A DNA stretch of 63,279 bases, filler included, from Octopus bimaculoides (lineage: Eukaryota), in assembly GCF_001194135.2 (NCBI RefSeq). It is 6 parts of 6 records of this genome, joined end to end, with 100 filler letters (N's around TTAATTAATTAA, not from the genome) between each part and the next. Parts side by side here need not be neighbours in the genome. Positions count along the whole stretch, not along the records: positions 11,789 to 25,120 come from NC_069003.1; positions 25,221 to 42,665 come from NC_068984.1; 4 more parts are not named here. The stretch is one strand, 5' to 3'. Below, piece after piece: positions 12,126 through 25,704 of this stretch; the stretch's first letter is position 1, and each line of letters opens with the position of its first letter. Position numbers and translations under genes: made by a program. Below the pieces are notes generated by a model. The model made no database searches and had not been told where the DNA came from. It saw only the letters and a program-made list of their open reading frames with translations.

Positions 12126-13494
12126 AGGCCTGCGTGGGTGTTAGTACACAGTACCGAGTGTGAATTTTTGAAAAGAGACTAGCAAAGGACTGAATGATGA
12201 TATGTATAGCGTTATATATATATATATATATATACAAACATATGCATACTTATATGCATGTGTCTGGTGCCTGTCTGTCTGCATGTATGCATGTATGTAC
12301 GTACGTATGTATTGTTTTATGAATGTGTGCATGCGTGCGTTTATGTATGTATGTATGTATGTATGCATGTATGTTTTTGTGTGTGTGTTATGTATGTGTC
12401 AGTGCTTAATTCGCGAATATAGAGAGAAAACTACAAGCGAACGCATTGTAGATATTACCAATCCATGTTCGGTCGAGAGTGACGATTATTATATTTTGTT
12501 TTCATGTTGCTTTATGTTATTTCAATTTTTTTTTTTTTTTCGTTTTTTTTTTCATTCGAAGGCTGCAATTACATCACCGTTATACTATGAGTTGTGTTAC
12601 GTACGTAATCGATTATATGCTTTTACGAACAGTTTTATTTCCTGTCTCCATGTGTCCGAGCTTGATTATGTCACCTGATACGTTCTCGCAGCGATGTGCT
12701 CTAGTTTCATTTCGTGGCGGTGGATTAGCAAAACTGGAGCAGTATCAGAGTTCAGTCTGCTGTTCGCGGTTCTAGTTCCATTGGATCACAACTCTAGGGC
12801 TTTATGCCTTTCGTCACTTTGAATGTGAAAACCGTTCATGCATTAGTTTTTTGAGCTCTAGACAAGGATCACCGGATTGTTCTACCTCTTCTGGCCCCAA
12901 TCGGGTCGGATTCATGGCAGATGGATTCAACAGGATCAATTCACCGGATTTTTCAGTTACGCCTTGCTATTGTGAAAGGAAGACTCAGACACAAAACCTC
13001 AGATGTATGTACCATGGCCCTTATGAATATAACTGGAAGTACAGAGGCTGACAACAAAGAACCAGTTACCTTAGGCCTCCTTCCTTGATAGAACCCCAGC
13101 CCTGTCTTTCTTGCCTAAGGTCTTTTTCAGGTATTTTCTAGCATTTAACTTTGGTTTACTTGACTTGGAACTGTGTGGCCTAAGCATTTTGGCCTAAGTA
13201 CAGTTTAGCTTAAGCGTTTTGGACATTTGCCAAAATCTCCAACACCGTGACAACTCTGCCATTAATTTATCAGTTTTAACATTTAATATTTATGTATAAC
13301 ATTTAACGTTCTTGAACTTATGTATATTTGTATGTAACCTTTTACGTATTTATGTTCAAGTATAATGGGTCAGATTTTTTTCCTCCTTCTGCATTCAACC
13401 TTTCCATATATAACATGTTATTTCCAGTTACATATTATAAACTTACGTTGATTATACACTTGGTAAATGACCTGTCTCTTTTATCGTGTGATCT

Positions 13495-14121
13495 ATTTAC
13501 TTGTTTTTGTCATTAGACTGTGGCCTTGCTGCAGCATCGCGTTGAGGAATTTCAGTCGAACGACTCGACTCTGGGGCTCAATATTTCTTTTTAAGCCTGA
13601 TGCTTAACCTATCGGCATTATTTGCCGAACAGCTGAGTTTGGTGAACGTAAACATACCGACACCGGTGGTCAAACGCTGGTTCGGGACAATCACAGGCTG
13701 CGAGCGAGATTTGGTTTTTGGGTTTTATTTATGATTTTTTTAACCTTTTATTTGCTTCAGTCGTTTGACTGCGGCCATGCTGGAGCACCGCCTTTCGTCA
13801 AACAAATCGATCCCAGAACTTATTCTTTGTAAGCCTAGTATTTATTCTATCGATCCCTTTTGCTGTACAGATATATAACGTGAACGTAAACACACCAGCA
13901 TCGGTTGTCAAGTGATGGCGGGGAGGGGAAACACAGGCACGAGAACATATATATATACGACGTACTCCTTTCAGCAAGGAGTCTACCAAATCCACTCACA
14001 AGGCTTTGATTGGCCCGAGGCTATAGTAGAAGACACTTGCCCAAGGTGCCACGCAGTGGGACTGAACCCAGAACCATGTGGTTGTTAAGGATGCTACTTA
14101 CCACACAGCCATTCCTGCGCC
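13495..14121 (-). mobile_element. SINE family A: diverged 3' half (13495-13700) plus full copy (13745-14121)
   Basis: The full copy runs from tail cagtcgtttgactgcggccatgctggagcaccgcc to head ccaaggtgccacgcagtgggactgaaccc...accacacagccattcctgcgcct. Confidence 0.88.
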
Positions 14122-14299
14122 TTCATTTTTTTTTCTTTTACTGTTTTTGCCATCGTAACACCTTTAATTAAATTCCTAATGCGTAAGCATCTGGGTCATA
14201 GATTACCTCGGAATAAATACCAGGGTCATCACTATCACCACCACCAACAACAACAGCTAGAACAACAACAGCAGCAGCAACAACAACAACCGCCAAACA

Positions 14300-15221
14300 A
14301 CTAAGAGAGAGAGAGAGAGAAAGAAAAAGAAATTAAAGTAAGAATATGGGAGAGAAAACGAGAGATAGACAAGGACATACAGTCAACCAAGAAGAGAAAG
14401 ATAGATTTACAAAAGAGAGAACACAGATAGAAAGAAAGAAAGAAAGAAAGAAAGATGTAGAGTTTTTGATAAAGAGATGCGAAATGGTTTGCGGAGACAA
14501 AGAATGAGAGACGGCAATAATGTTCTCTCTTAGCTCCATGCTTGCCTTGATCAACGAAATCTATGATCAAAAGCGTTCTGGCCGTGACCATCTTGTCGTT
14601 TACAATTTTTGTTGTCAGACATGTATCTTGGACTATATTGTCCAATGTGACTTCGATAGTTTAAAGAGAGTAGTATGTGATTAGAGCGTGCCTCGGCTGA
14701 TAATACATGCAGATATATACAGCATGCAGAGGCCTGCCTTAATAGCTTATCGGTAAATACATACGTAAGGAAGAAGGGATAGGTTTGAGAGTGAATTCAC
14801 TGCTAATTCTGTCAGATTTAATGAGCGTGGAGTTCCATCCATCACTGGCCTGTGAGTGAGTGTGTTTGTTAAGGAGGTGAGAAAGAGAGAGGAGAGAGTG
14901 TGTGTGTGAAAGAACGTGATATCGTTGGTGTGTGTGTGTGTGTGAGAGAGAGTGTGTGTGTGTGAGATAATAAGAGGAAGAGGGGGATAGGGAGACTGAG
15001 GATGAGGGTGGAGATTGGAAGAGAGAGGAAGAGAGGAAGAACGCGAAAGAGCGAGGGTGAGAGAGAAAGAAAGAAGGAGAGAGAAAGAGAAAGTGGGAGA
15101 GAGAAGGAAAGAGGGAGAGCGAGAAAGAGAGGGAGAAAGAGGGAGAGCGAGAGACAGTTAGAGAGAGGCAGTGAGTGAGAGAGTGAGAGGGACGAGAAGG
15201 CGAGAGAGAAAGCGAGATAAA

Positions 15222-15260
<39 letters not shown>

Positions 15261-15787
15261 ATGTGTGTCGCAGGAAAAAAAAACGAAAGAAAAAACAAAG
15301 AGCAGAAGAAAGAAAGAATCAAACAAACAAAGAAGGGAAGAAAGAAGGAAAGAAAGAAAGAAAGACAGAAAGAAAGCAGGGAAGAGAGAATGCAGGAGAG
15401 AGAGAGAAGAAGGTGTCAAATAATAAGACGTATGTGTGAAAGAGAGAAAATGAGAGAGAGAGTGATAGAGAGAGAGATGGAGGGAGAAATAAAGCTGTGT
15501 ATGAAAGAGACAGAGAAATAAGGGGTGTGAACGAGAGAGAGAGAGAGAGAGAAAGAAAGTAAGATTTAAGAGAGGGAGAGATTAAAGTAGCACTGCGTGT
15601 GTATGTGTGTGTGTGTGTGTGTGTTTGTGCGTGTGTAAAAGAGGGAGAGAGAGAACGAGAGAGAGAGAACGAGAGAGAGAGAAAGAGTAATGTTCGCCTG
15701 AGTACAAGGAGAGAAATAAGGTTTCTGAACGAGAGAGAGAGAGAGAGAGAGAGAAAAAGGTCTGTGAGGGAGAAAGTGAAGCATTAA

Positions 15788-15833
<46 letters not shown>

Positions 15834-16110
15834 NNNNNNNNNNNNNNNNNNNNNNNNNNNNNNNNNNNNNNNNNNNNNNNNNNNNNNNNNNNNNNNNNNN
15901 NNNNNNNNNNNNNNNNNNNNNNNNNNNNNNNNNNNNNNNNNNNNNNNNNNNNNNNNNNNNNNNNNNNNNNNNNNNNNNNNNNNNNNNNNNNNNNNNNNNN
16001 NNNNNNNNNNNNNNNNNNNNNNNNNNNNNNNNNNNNNNNNNNNNNNNNNNNNNNNNNNNNNNNNNNNNNNNNNNNNNNNNNNNNNNNNNNNNNNNNNNNN
16101 NNNNNNNNNN

Positions 16111-16190
<80 letters not shown>
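14300..16190. repeat. GA-rich low-complexity tract with (GA)n, (GAAA)n and (GT)n runs
   Basis: Directly visible; source of the S/L and E/R pseudo-ORFs. Confidence 0.92.
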
Positions 16191-16193
<3 letters not shown>

Positions 16194-16596
16194 TAACGTA
16201 AATTCTTGCTTTCAGATATTCTTTGCGTATTTACGACTTTGAGGATATTTTAGAGTGACATTAGCCATTGTATTGTATAACATTGGTTGTGAGCAGACGA
16301 TAGGGAGAGAGAAGAAGAGAGGGATAGGGAGAAGGACTGAGAGAGAGATAGAGAGAAAGGATGGGAAGAGGGAGAGAGGGAGAAGGAGAGGAGAGAAAGT
16401 TGGGGGAAGAGTAAGCGGAAGAGGAGGTGTCTATTGGAGAGGGAGTATGGAAAAGAGAGATGAGACAATAAGGGGGATGGAACAGAGATGGAGAGGGAAA
16501 ATGAAGAACGGGGAGGAGCATGAGAAAGAAAGTGAGAGTAAGGCTGTTAAGAGAGGAAGAAGTAAAGGACAGAAGGAGGGAATGTGTGGGAGAGCT

Positions 16597-16628
<32 letters not shown>

Positions 16629-17016
16629 GGAGAAAGAGAGAGGGAGAAAGAGAGAGATGGATGGATCACGTTCTTTTGGAATGGTTGCCAAAATGAAGAT
16701 TGCCAAAAAATAATATATATATATGTATGTATGTATATATATATATATATGCGTGTGTATGTATATATATATATATACATACACATATATATATACATAC
16801 ACATATATATATATATATATGTCAGTTGAGCTTCAATTGGGTTTATTTCTGTGGTCAAACGCATTTAGAATTATAATGCACACGCACACACACCCACACA
16901 AACACCCAACCACACACGCAAGCATACATACAGGCATACGAATATGTGTACACGTCATACATGCATAGAAAGGTACGTACATGTGTATCTGCACACACAC
17001 TTTCTTTCTCACCCCA

Positions 17017-17053
<37 letters not shown>

Positions 17054-17371
17054 AGACACACTCATATATATATATATATGTGTGTGTATATATATAATTC
17101 GGCTTTCAATGCTCTCGTGTTAACTCAGTCAAATTCTTTGGTGAATAAAGCCAAGATAGTCTTGTGAGTACCATCTTCTAAATGAACAAGTATCGTTTAT
17201 GATCTTGAAAACTTTATTTTGGTATTTGATCCACCCAGTTTATAAAACGGGTATTTAATCTATCCATCTATCTACACTTTTATCTCTCCTATCTACCTAT
17301 CTATCCATCTTCTTATCTATCTAGCTATATATCCATCTATCTATCTACTTATCTATCTAGCTATATATCCA

Positions 17372-17469
<98 letters not shown>

Positions 17470-17544
17470 ATCTCCTTATCCATCTATCTATCTATCTATC
17501 CTTTTATCTAACTATCTATCTAACCAACGAACTTAGCATAAGTT

Positions 17545-17680
17545 TAATATCGGTCAGAATTGTTTCAGTACCTCCCAGCATCGAACCATATTCTTTTCTG
17601 CTCTAAGCACAAGGCCCGAAATATTGGGGGAGGGGGAAGTCGATTAGATCGACCCCAGTATGCAAATAGTACTTAATTGA
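17545..17680 (-). mobile_element. SINE family B, 3' part
   Basis: cacaaggcccgaaat...gggggaagtcgattagatcgaccccagta...gtacttaatt matches the family B tail. Confidence 0.7.
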
Positions 17681-18446
17681 AAAGATTGTTTGCTAACATA
17701 ACATGACAGTCCAGATTTAGGACGAATGACGCTGTAATTTTGTCGAAGGAGACATCGTCTCCAGCTTGCTATATGACACGATCTGTGTCCTTATATTTTC
17801 GAAACCGACAGAACACAACCTGCGGGAAAATAGACGATAGCACGACGAACGGCAGACAGGACAAAACAAGATACACGGATCATTCGCAGCAGATTACCTC
17901 ATCAGTCGGAGTCTGGAAAGTCCTTGTAGTTTCGCTCCTTTATCTCCGATATTACTCGAATCTGGCGGATGCCAGGTACCTAAGCTAAAAGCATCAAACT
18001 TCTGGGCGTGGCGAACGAATGTATATAAGAACGAAAACAAGAACCGAAATAAAAACGAGAAAGCCAGAATTATACATACATACATACATACATACATACA
18101 TACATCCATGCATATATGTCCGCCACTAAATTCCTCCACGTTACAAATTTAATTTTAATTGGGTTTTAAATTTAATTTGTGGTCCGTGGGAAGAGCCATT
18201 CTAACAATGCGTCCTGCCCTAACTATTCGAAACGCTTAGTTTTAGAATGGTGGCAGCTGATGAAGGAAATGTTCTCTATGTGGCCTGTGTGTTTTCTGTA
18301 TTCCGTTTATCATTTTGTCCACATTTTTTTGCTACGCCCTGTAACCATATATGCATCTCTATATATGCATGTAGATGTAGGTATGTACATACATGTATGT
18401 ATATACGCATATACTCATATATTATTTGTATTATATACATACATAT

Positions 18447-18630
18447 GTATATAGGACGGCCTTCTTTCGGTTTCCGTCTAGCAGATCCACTCGCAAGGCT
18501 TTGGCCGGCTCGAGGCTATAGTAGAAGGCACTTACTTGCTCAATGCCCAATGTATCACTCGGTGGAACTGAACCAAGAATTATGTGGTTGGAAGGCAAAC
18601 TTCTTTCCACATCGCCGCGCCCACGCCTAA
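18447..18630 (-). mobile_element. SINE family A, 5' half
   Basis: ttctttcggtttccgtcta...gatccactcgcaaggcttt...ggctatagtagaag...gaaccaagaattatgtggttgg. Confidence 0.8.
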
Positions 18631-18924
18631 TACACCTGATAAAGGTAAAACGTATGGACACAACCAGCGCCAATGAGTTACGAAGTACAGTCTGAGAGTA
18701 AATAACGAAGGACATCTCTCACTTTATAAAGAAACAAATAATCTACCTTATTAATATTTCTCTATAGCTTTTGTCCATATATGGCATCCCTTTGAATCTG
18801 ATGCTGTTGTTGTTGTTATTGCTGTTGTTGTTGTAGTTGTCATTTAGACGCAGGTTATCAGTTCCTATTGATAGATAGCGGATAATGCTTTCTTTTGTTG
18901 GGTGATCCGGTATCTGTTGCACGA

Positions 18925-18965
<41 letters not shown>

Positions 18966-19041
18966 GAGAAAGAGAGAGAGAGAAAGAGAATAGAGAAGAA
19001 TGAAATGGCTTGTTCAAAGACAAATGGATATGGAAAGGTTC

Positions 19042-19101
<60 letters not shown>

Positions 19102-19129
19102 ATAACAGAGAAACCCCTACAACGTCCAC

Positions 19130-19560
19130 TAGTTATTGTTGTTGCTACTAACGATGGTGATGATGATGAGGAGGAGGGGTAGGAAGATGAGGAGGGAAAG
19201 GAGGGGGAGTGAAGGTAGAAGAGCAGAAGCGTTAGGAGAACGACCATGTCGACGACTATGATGGTGAGGAAGAGGATGATGTAGGAGAGGAGGAGGAAGA
19301 GGAGGAGAATGGGGAGAAGTGGGAGAGTAGGGGGTGGAGGGAAAGGAGGATTGTGATGACGATGACAAAAAAGCGGAACACAATGATGATGATGATCATG
19401 ATAATGACGACGACGATTGTGATGATGATGATGTCAGTAATGGTAGCGGAGCTGATGATGATGACGGTGGCAGTGGTGGTGGTAGCGGTGGTGGTGGTGA
19501 TGTTGGGAGTGATAATGATGATGAGATTGATGATGACGATGACGGCGACGATTGTCCAAG
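19130..19560. repeat. Imperfect trinucleotide tract (GAT/GAG/GGT)
   Basis: Directly visible; gives poly-D/M/I/S pseudo-ORFs in several frames. Confidence 0.9.
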
Positions 19561-20610
19561 AGCGTATATACAATTCAGATTCTTTATGTTTTTTTTTTTT
19601 CCTCGGATATTATATTGATTTTTGCTTTTATCCAATGTCAGCATAAAGACATAGTTACGGAGACATCTTGACCTAGTTAAGACATCAAGAAAATGATTGT
19701 TTATATTTTCATCACTGCCAGGAAAAGCAAAAAAAAAAAGAAAAAGAAAAGAAAAGAAAAACACAACAAAACAAAAGAAACACTAAACATTGCTTAATTT
19801 AATACACTAATGNNNNNNNNNNNNNNNNNNNNNNNNNNNNNNNNNNNNNNNNNNNNNNNNNNNNNNNNNNNNNNNNNNNNNNNNNNNNNNNNNNNNNNNN
19901 NNNNNNNNNNNNNNNNNNNNNNNNNNNNNNNNNNNNNNNNNNNNNNNNNNNNNNNNNNNNNNNNNNNNNNNNNNNNNNNNNNNNNNNNNNNNNNNNNNNN
20001 NNNNNNNNNNNNNNNNNNNNNNNNNNNNNNNNNNNNNNNNNNNNNNNNNNNNNNNNNNNNNNNNNNNNNNNNNNNNNNNNNNNNNNNNNNNNNNNNNNNN
20101 NNNNNNNNNNNNNNNNNNNNNNNNNNNNNNNNNNNNNNNNNNNNNNNNNNNNNNNNNNNNNNNNNNNNNNNNNNNNNNNNNNNNNNNNNNNNNNNNNNNN
20201 NNNNNNNNNNNNNNNNNNNNNNNNNNNNNNNNNNNNNNNNNNNNNNNNNNNNNNNNNNNNNNNNNNNNNNNNNNNNNNNNNNNNNNNNNNNNNNNNNNNN
20301 NNNNNNNNNNNNNNNNNNNNNNNNNNNNNNNNNNNNNNNNNNNNNNNNNNNNNNNNNNNNNNNNNNNNNNNNNNNNNNNNNNNNNNNNNNNNNNNNNNNN
20401 NNNNNNNNNNNNNNNNNNNNNNNNNNNNNNNNNNNNNNNNNNNNNNNNNNNNNNNNNNNNNNNNNNNNNNNNNNNNNNNNNNNNNNNNNNNNNNNNNNNN
20501 NNNNNNNNNNNNNNNNNNNNNNNNNNNNNNNNNNNNNNNNNNNNNNNNNNNNNNNNNNNNNNNNNNNNNNNNNNNNNNNNNNNNNNNNNNNNNNNNNNNN
20601 NNNNNNNNNN

Positions 20611-20667
<57 letters not shown>

Positions 20668-21416
20668 CACTTTTGCCCTCACTGTCAAACACATGTTGGG
20701 CTATACACCAATACACATGCATACACATCCATCCATGCAAAGGCAGAAGAACGGATATCGTGAAACCCAGACAGTAAAGACATCGAGACACAGGCGGACA
20801 GAACCACATACTCTCACCCTATCTCTTCTTCTCTCTGACTCTCTCTCTCACTCAGTCTCTCTCTGTCTCTCTGTTTAACGCACACACACACACACACACA
20901 TACACACACACACATATGTATATATGATATATATATACACAAAGAGACCGACATATGACATACACGCACATGGACAAAAGAAATTGTTGATATATTCCAT
21001 TATGGTTTATTCATGAAGTACATCCATATTGGAAAGAGAGAGAGAGGGTGGGATGGGGGAGGAGTGAGGAGAGAAGGTAGCAGGAGATAGAGGGGGAAAG
21101 GTGAGAGTAAGAGTGATCGAGGGAGAGGCTGTATACAGTGTCTTTATGTTGGACTGACTAAGAGGAAGAGACAGAAGGATAGAGAGATGGGGAGAGGGAG
21201 GGAAGAGAATGTGAAGGAGAGAGAGAGAGGAAGATAGAGAGAACGACTGGAAAATACGCCGATATAGAGAGACAGGAAACGTGAGCGAGACAAAGAGAGA
21301 TTAATAGATATCGAAGAGAGAGGGAGGGAGAGTGGGGGAGAAAGAATAAAGAATTTAAGAGCAAGAGAGAGTGAGAGAAAGAGAGAGGAAGAAGGGTTGT
21401 TTTCTATATTGTGGGC

Positions 21417-21462
<46 letters not shown>

Positions 21463-22035
21463 TGAAAATGAGAGACAGAGAAAGAAAGTGACAGAGTGAG
21501 AGAGAGTGAAGGTGAAACGAAGAGAAAGACAACGAAAGTGAAAGAGATAGAAAGAACAAAGTCGAAAAGCAGAGAGGGAGAGAGAGAGAAAGTGAAAATG
21601 AGAGAGCGTGAACGTGAAAATGAGAGAGAACGAAAGAGAAAAGGGGAGAGACAGACAGACAGACAGAGAGTGTGATGGTGAAAAGGGGAGAGAGAGATAG
21701 AGAGAGCAAAGATGAAGAAAAGGAGAGAGAGAAACATAGAGAGCGAAAGTGAAAATGAGAGAGCGTGAACGTGAAAATGAGAGAGAACGAAAGAGAAAAG
21801 GGGAGAGACAGACAGACAGACAGAGAGTGTGATGGTGAAAAGGAGAGAGAGAAACATAGAGAGCGAAAGTGAGCAAAGCTGAAGAGGAGAGAGAGACAAA
21901 AACACAGAGAGAGAGAGAAAAAGTGAAGGTGAAACGAAGAGAAATACAACACAAGTGAAAAGGAGAAAGAGAAAGAAACAGAGAGAGAGAGAGAGAGAGA
22001 GAAAGAAATAGAGAGAGAGAGAGACGGGGAGAGAC

Positions 22036-22070
<35 letters not shown>

Positions 22071-22127
22071 AAGAAATAGAGAGAGAGAGAGACGGGGAGA
22101 GACAGACAGAGAGAGAGAGAGAGAGAN
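20611..22127. repeat. (CT)n/(GA)n-rich low-complexity region containing a 157-bp-period duplication
   Basis: gaaagtgaaaatgagagagcgtgaacgtg...gtgtgatggtgaaaagg occurs at 21588-21686 and 21745-21843. Confidence 0.9.
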
Positions 22128-22719
22128 NNNNNNNNNNNNNNNNNNNNNNNNNNNNNNNNNNNNNNNNNNNNNNNNNNNNNNNNNNNNNNNNNNNNNNNNN
22201 NNNNNNNNNNNNNNNNNNNNNNNNNNNNNNNNNNNNNNNNNNNNNNNNNNNNNNNNNNNNNNNNNNNNNNNNNNNNNNNNNNNNNNNNNNNNNNNNNNNN
22301 NNNNNNNNNNNNNNNNNNNNNNNNNNNNNNNNNNNNNNNNNNNNNNNNNNNNNNNNNNNNNNNNNNNNNNNNNNNNNNNNNNNNNNNNNNNNNNNNNNNN
22401 NNNNNNNNNNNNNNNNNNNNNNNNNNNNNNNNNNNNNNNNNNNNNNNNNNNNNNNNNNNNNNNNNNNNNNNNNNNNNNNNNNNNNNNNNNNNNNNNNNNN
22501 NNNNNNNNNNNNNNNNNNNNNNNNNNNNNNNNNNNNNNNNNNNNNNNTATATATATATATATTACGGTAGTAAGGTGTTATTTCTAGACGATTCTGTTGC
22601 TACGAAGAAGCTCATCTGAGGAAGGTGTTTGTTTTACGTTTGGTCATTTCACTTCGGGTTATCTCGATCAAAGGCGTTCTAACCGTGACCGCTTCATTAA
22701 ATTCATTATATATCTTATT

Positions 22720-22940
22720 ATCTTTTACTTGTTTCAGTCATTAGACTGCGACCTTGTTGGGGCACTGCCTTGAAGGCTTTTATTGAAACGAATCGACCGC
22801 AGTACATATTTTTATTGCAAACCTGCTACTTATTTGGTCGGCATCTTTTGCCGAACTTCTAAATTAATAAGAGGTAAATACACCAGCACTGGTTGTCAAG
22901 TAGTGACAGGGGACAAACGCAGACACAAAGATGCGCCCAC
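22720..22940 (-). mobile_element. SINE family A, 3' half
   Basis: tatcttttacttgtttcagtcattagactgcgacc...caccagcactggttgtcaag. Confidence 0.8.
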
Positions 22941-22966
22941 ATACACGTACAGACACACACTCACAC

Positions 22967-23024
<58 letters not shown>

Positions 23025-23185
23025 TGGTATATGAGGAACTTCTTCCAATTTCCGAACATCTCATAGATGGCGATGTAAATCTTTGAAAAGGAACTCTGTT
23101 GAATCTAGTTGCTATGTTCGTTGCTCAGACAATTTATCAAACAATATTTTAACTAGTTAACTAGGTCACTAATTTTGATGTGTTT

Positions 23186-23444
23186 GGGGAGAGAGATTCT
23201 CTTTTAGTGCCCTATTATTTAAGGCACACATTTACTTATTCATTTTTCCTAAAATCTTCCCAAAATTTTCGTTGCGTCTTGCAAATTTTTTAATACTCGT
23301 TGATTACTGAAAAGAGTGCACGACTATTGAAATTGTTGCAAGACGCAACGAAAATTTTAGGAAAAATAAATAAGAAAATGAGTGGAAAATTTATCGGTTA
23401 GTGTGTTAAATAATAAGGAACTGGAAAAAAAAATGACTCTCCCC
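23186..23444. mobile_element. MITE / fold-back element with long imperfect inverted repeats
   Basis: Perfect 23-bp inner arms at 23262-23284 and 23335-23357 (aaaattttcgttgcgtcttgcaa). Outer arms are imperfect: ggggagag...ccctattatttaaggcacac versus gtgtgttaaataataagg...ctctcccc. Confidence 0.75.
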
Positions 23445-23755
23445 AGCCACAGCAAAATAGGCTTCAACACACGAACTCACATAAGGAATCTTGCAAACTA
23501 AATCCAAAAACGTAGTCGACTAATGCTGATTAGAAAACAAGTCAAACTGAACCAGTTGGGGCCTCTTATCATTGGCATAATAACCTTTTCAAGATATAAT
23601 GATTGAATTTCTAGACAAAAAGAATATTCGAACTGAAAAAGTTTGTTTGCTAGAGTGGTTCCTACTCAGGATCGATACGAACCTCTGAGGGTCCGGTCCA
23701 CATACAATTCTTTTGGTGTGCATGAAAGGAATATATTAAGCTAGTATTTTAGGAG

Positions 23756-23929
23756 CAGGGCCGTATTAATAGCTTGACAGGTCTCCGGGTAAATCAAATC
23801 ATTATGTGCTGTATCATTTATTTGTTCATTGACTGCAAATCACAGTCTGCACAGATGAGAATTGGGCCCCTAAACCTGTGAGACCCCTGAGTAAATGCCC
23901 CAGTGTTCCGATGCCTTAGGACGGCGCTG
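23756..23929. mobile_element. hAT-type MITE (174 bp)
   Basis: TIRs CAGGGCCGTATTAA and TTAGGACGGCGCTG. The 8-bp flanks tttaggag and tttaaggg match at 6/8, consistent with a decayed hAT TSD. Confidence 0.7.
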
Positions 23930-24195
23930 TTTAAGGGTCTATAAATACATTTCGGTTTTAGTGTATTTATTTTAAGAAACAACGAGGTTTCTTTCTATAA
24001 AGCTTTCCGTAGCACAACGTGTTTCATGTCACCGTAATATTTTCTCCTAGAAAGTGATACTACAAGATAACACAAGTGAATGTGTGATAGGGGCTTCGTT
24101 AAAACTTGTTTTTAAGCATGGTATGTCTAGGAGGGTCTACCGGAGTAGAACAGTAATCAAAGGAGCCTATAAGGGAAAAAAAAGTGGCTGAGGAG

Positions 24196-24494
24196 CAGTG
24201 GTTGTTCCCAAAGTGAACGATATTGCCCCCTTGGGTCGGTGGATAGTTCCAAGGGGTTTTTGAAGAAAAGTGGGGAAATAATAGGGTAGTGATTCATGTA
24301 AAAAAAGTGGGTGATAATGGGAAGGCGATTCATGCAAAAACAACATTAAATTAAGTTTTATTTGTGAAATACATCTGCTTTGAATTTGCTTCAGAAAGAG
24401 ATCTATGTTTGTGATAGTTAGTTGGGGTGGGGGCGCTAGGAATGCGGTTTGAGTTTCAAGTGAAGAGCATCCCGAAAAGGTTTGGGAACCACTC
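24196..24494. mobile_element. hAT/Charlie-like MITE
   Basis: Ends are CAGTGGTT(gtt)CCCAAAGTG and AAAAGGTTTGGGAACCACTC; no TSD is recognisable. Confidence 0.65.
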
Positions 24495-25051
24495 CTTTAC
24501 ATGATAGACACAAATAAATGCATATATGTAGATGAAAACAAGGAAAATGTACACTGATACTATATGTTAGCACTCAAATCTGCACGTATAATGAGTTTCT
24601 GTGGTATCGTCCACAAACCAATACGCAAGATAAAGCAATCAATAGGAAATGCTAACATTTTTATCAGCCACGTGTATTGGAACAGACTGATATACCAAGC
24701 AAAAGGCCAAAATATTAAGACGTACGCCGTGATAAAGACATTCGATGCTACAACGATTTAAAACACGCAAGCCACACAGAAAGTGAATTACAGGAATTAA
24801 ATAGCGCATACACAATATAGAAAAAGATGAAGACATAATCAATGGCAGCCAAGCGTAGTTGCAAAGACGTCGCTTTTTGATCCTTCAATATCGGCATTTC
24901 CTATCTTTGCGAAACAGAATTCGCAAAGCGCTGGGTTATATATATATATATCATGTATGTAAATATATATATGTATGCATGCATGTATGTATGTAAATAT
25001 ATATGTATATACATATGTATGTATATATATGTATGTATGTATATACATATG

Positions 25052-25120
<69 letters not shown>

Positions 25121-25220
25121 NNNNNNNNNNNNNNNNNNNNNNNNNNNNNNNNNNNNNNNNNNNNTTAATTAATTAANNNNNNNNNNNNNNNNNNNNNNNN
25201 NNNNNNNNNNNNNNNNNNNN
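25121..25220. other. Artificial scaffold spacer (N44-TTAATTAATTAA-N44)
   Basis: Identical 100-bp construct. Confidence 0.95.
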
Positions 25221-25324
25221 CCACCGATAATGGTGCTTACATACCGAAGGGCTTGGTAAAAATTGTTAATTTATTAATAAATTAATAAATCTTTACCCTT
25301 TTAATTTATATATATATATATATG

Positions 25325-25399
25325 TAATGACGGCTCGTAAAGTTCGTCGTAACTGCGAGTGGTCGTTGAATAGGGAGGTCGTTAAATGAGGACAGTCTG
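25325..25399 (-). mobile_element. Tigger/pogo-type terminal fragment
   Basis: The minus strand reads CAGACTGTCCTCATTTAACGACC...TTCAACGACCACTCGCAGTTACGACG, resembling Tigger TIR/subterminal motifs. Confidence 0.5.
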
Positions 25400-25405
25400 T
25401 GTGTG

Positions 25406-25447
<42 letters not shown>

Positions 25448-25652
25448 AATTCAAAAAAGCAAACAATAAAATTAACAAAAACTGACAGCAAGAAGAAGTG
25501 GAGGTGCAGAAGGAATGGATTAGTCTGACGCTCGGTAAAAGAGGAAAGATCTCTTGGCATATCGAGTTTTGCCCTGCGTCAGAAAGGTGAGAGGGAAAAC
25601 TTCAAAGAAGGGAGAGAAATTGCCAACAGTACGCGTGTAAGTTATATTACTG

Positions 25653-25685
<33 letters not shown>

Positions 25686-25704
25686 AGAGAGAAAGAGAGA
25701 GAGA

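Noticed and set aside
12780-13130. Weak resemblance of FSVTPCYCERKTQTQNLR to the Helitron/PIF1 motif FPV..CFAMTINKSQGQ
   Set aside because: Too few identities and no neighbouring helicase motifs in a consistent frame.
17690-18050. Apparent minus-strand exon / 78-nt intron / exon (GT at 17897, AG at 17820) and a CTGATGAG motif
   Set aside because: The peptides are unrecognisable and the segment looks like a dispersed repeat 3' region read antisense. No stem II/GAAA completes a hammerhead.
19256-19764. Acidic poly-Asp/Gly ORF (19334-19618) and its antisense ORFs
   Set aside because: Trinucleotide repeats are open in several frames; no splice or start support.
24905-24934. 9-bp hairpin followed by CTGG, like a Helitron 3' end
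   Set aside because: The spacing is only 2 nt, no T follows, and no 5' TC partner or Helitron sequence is seen.
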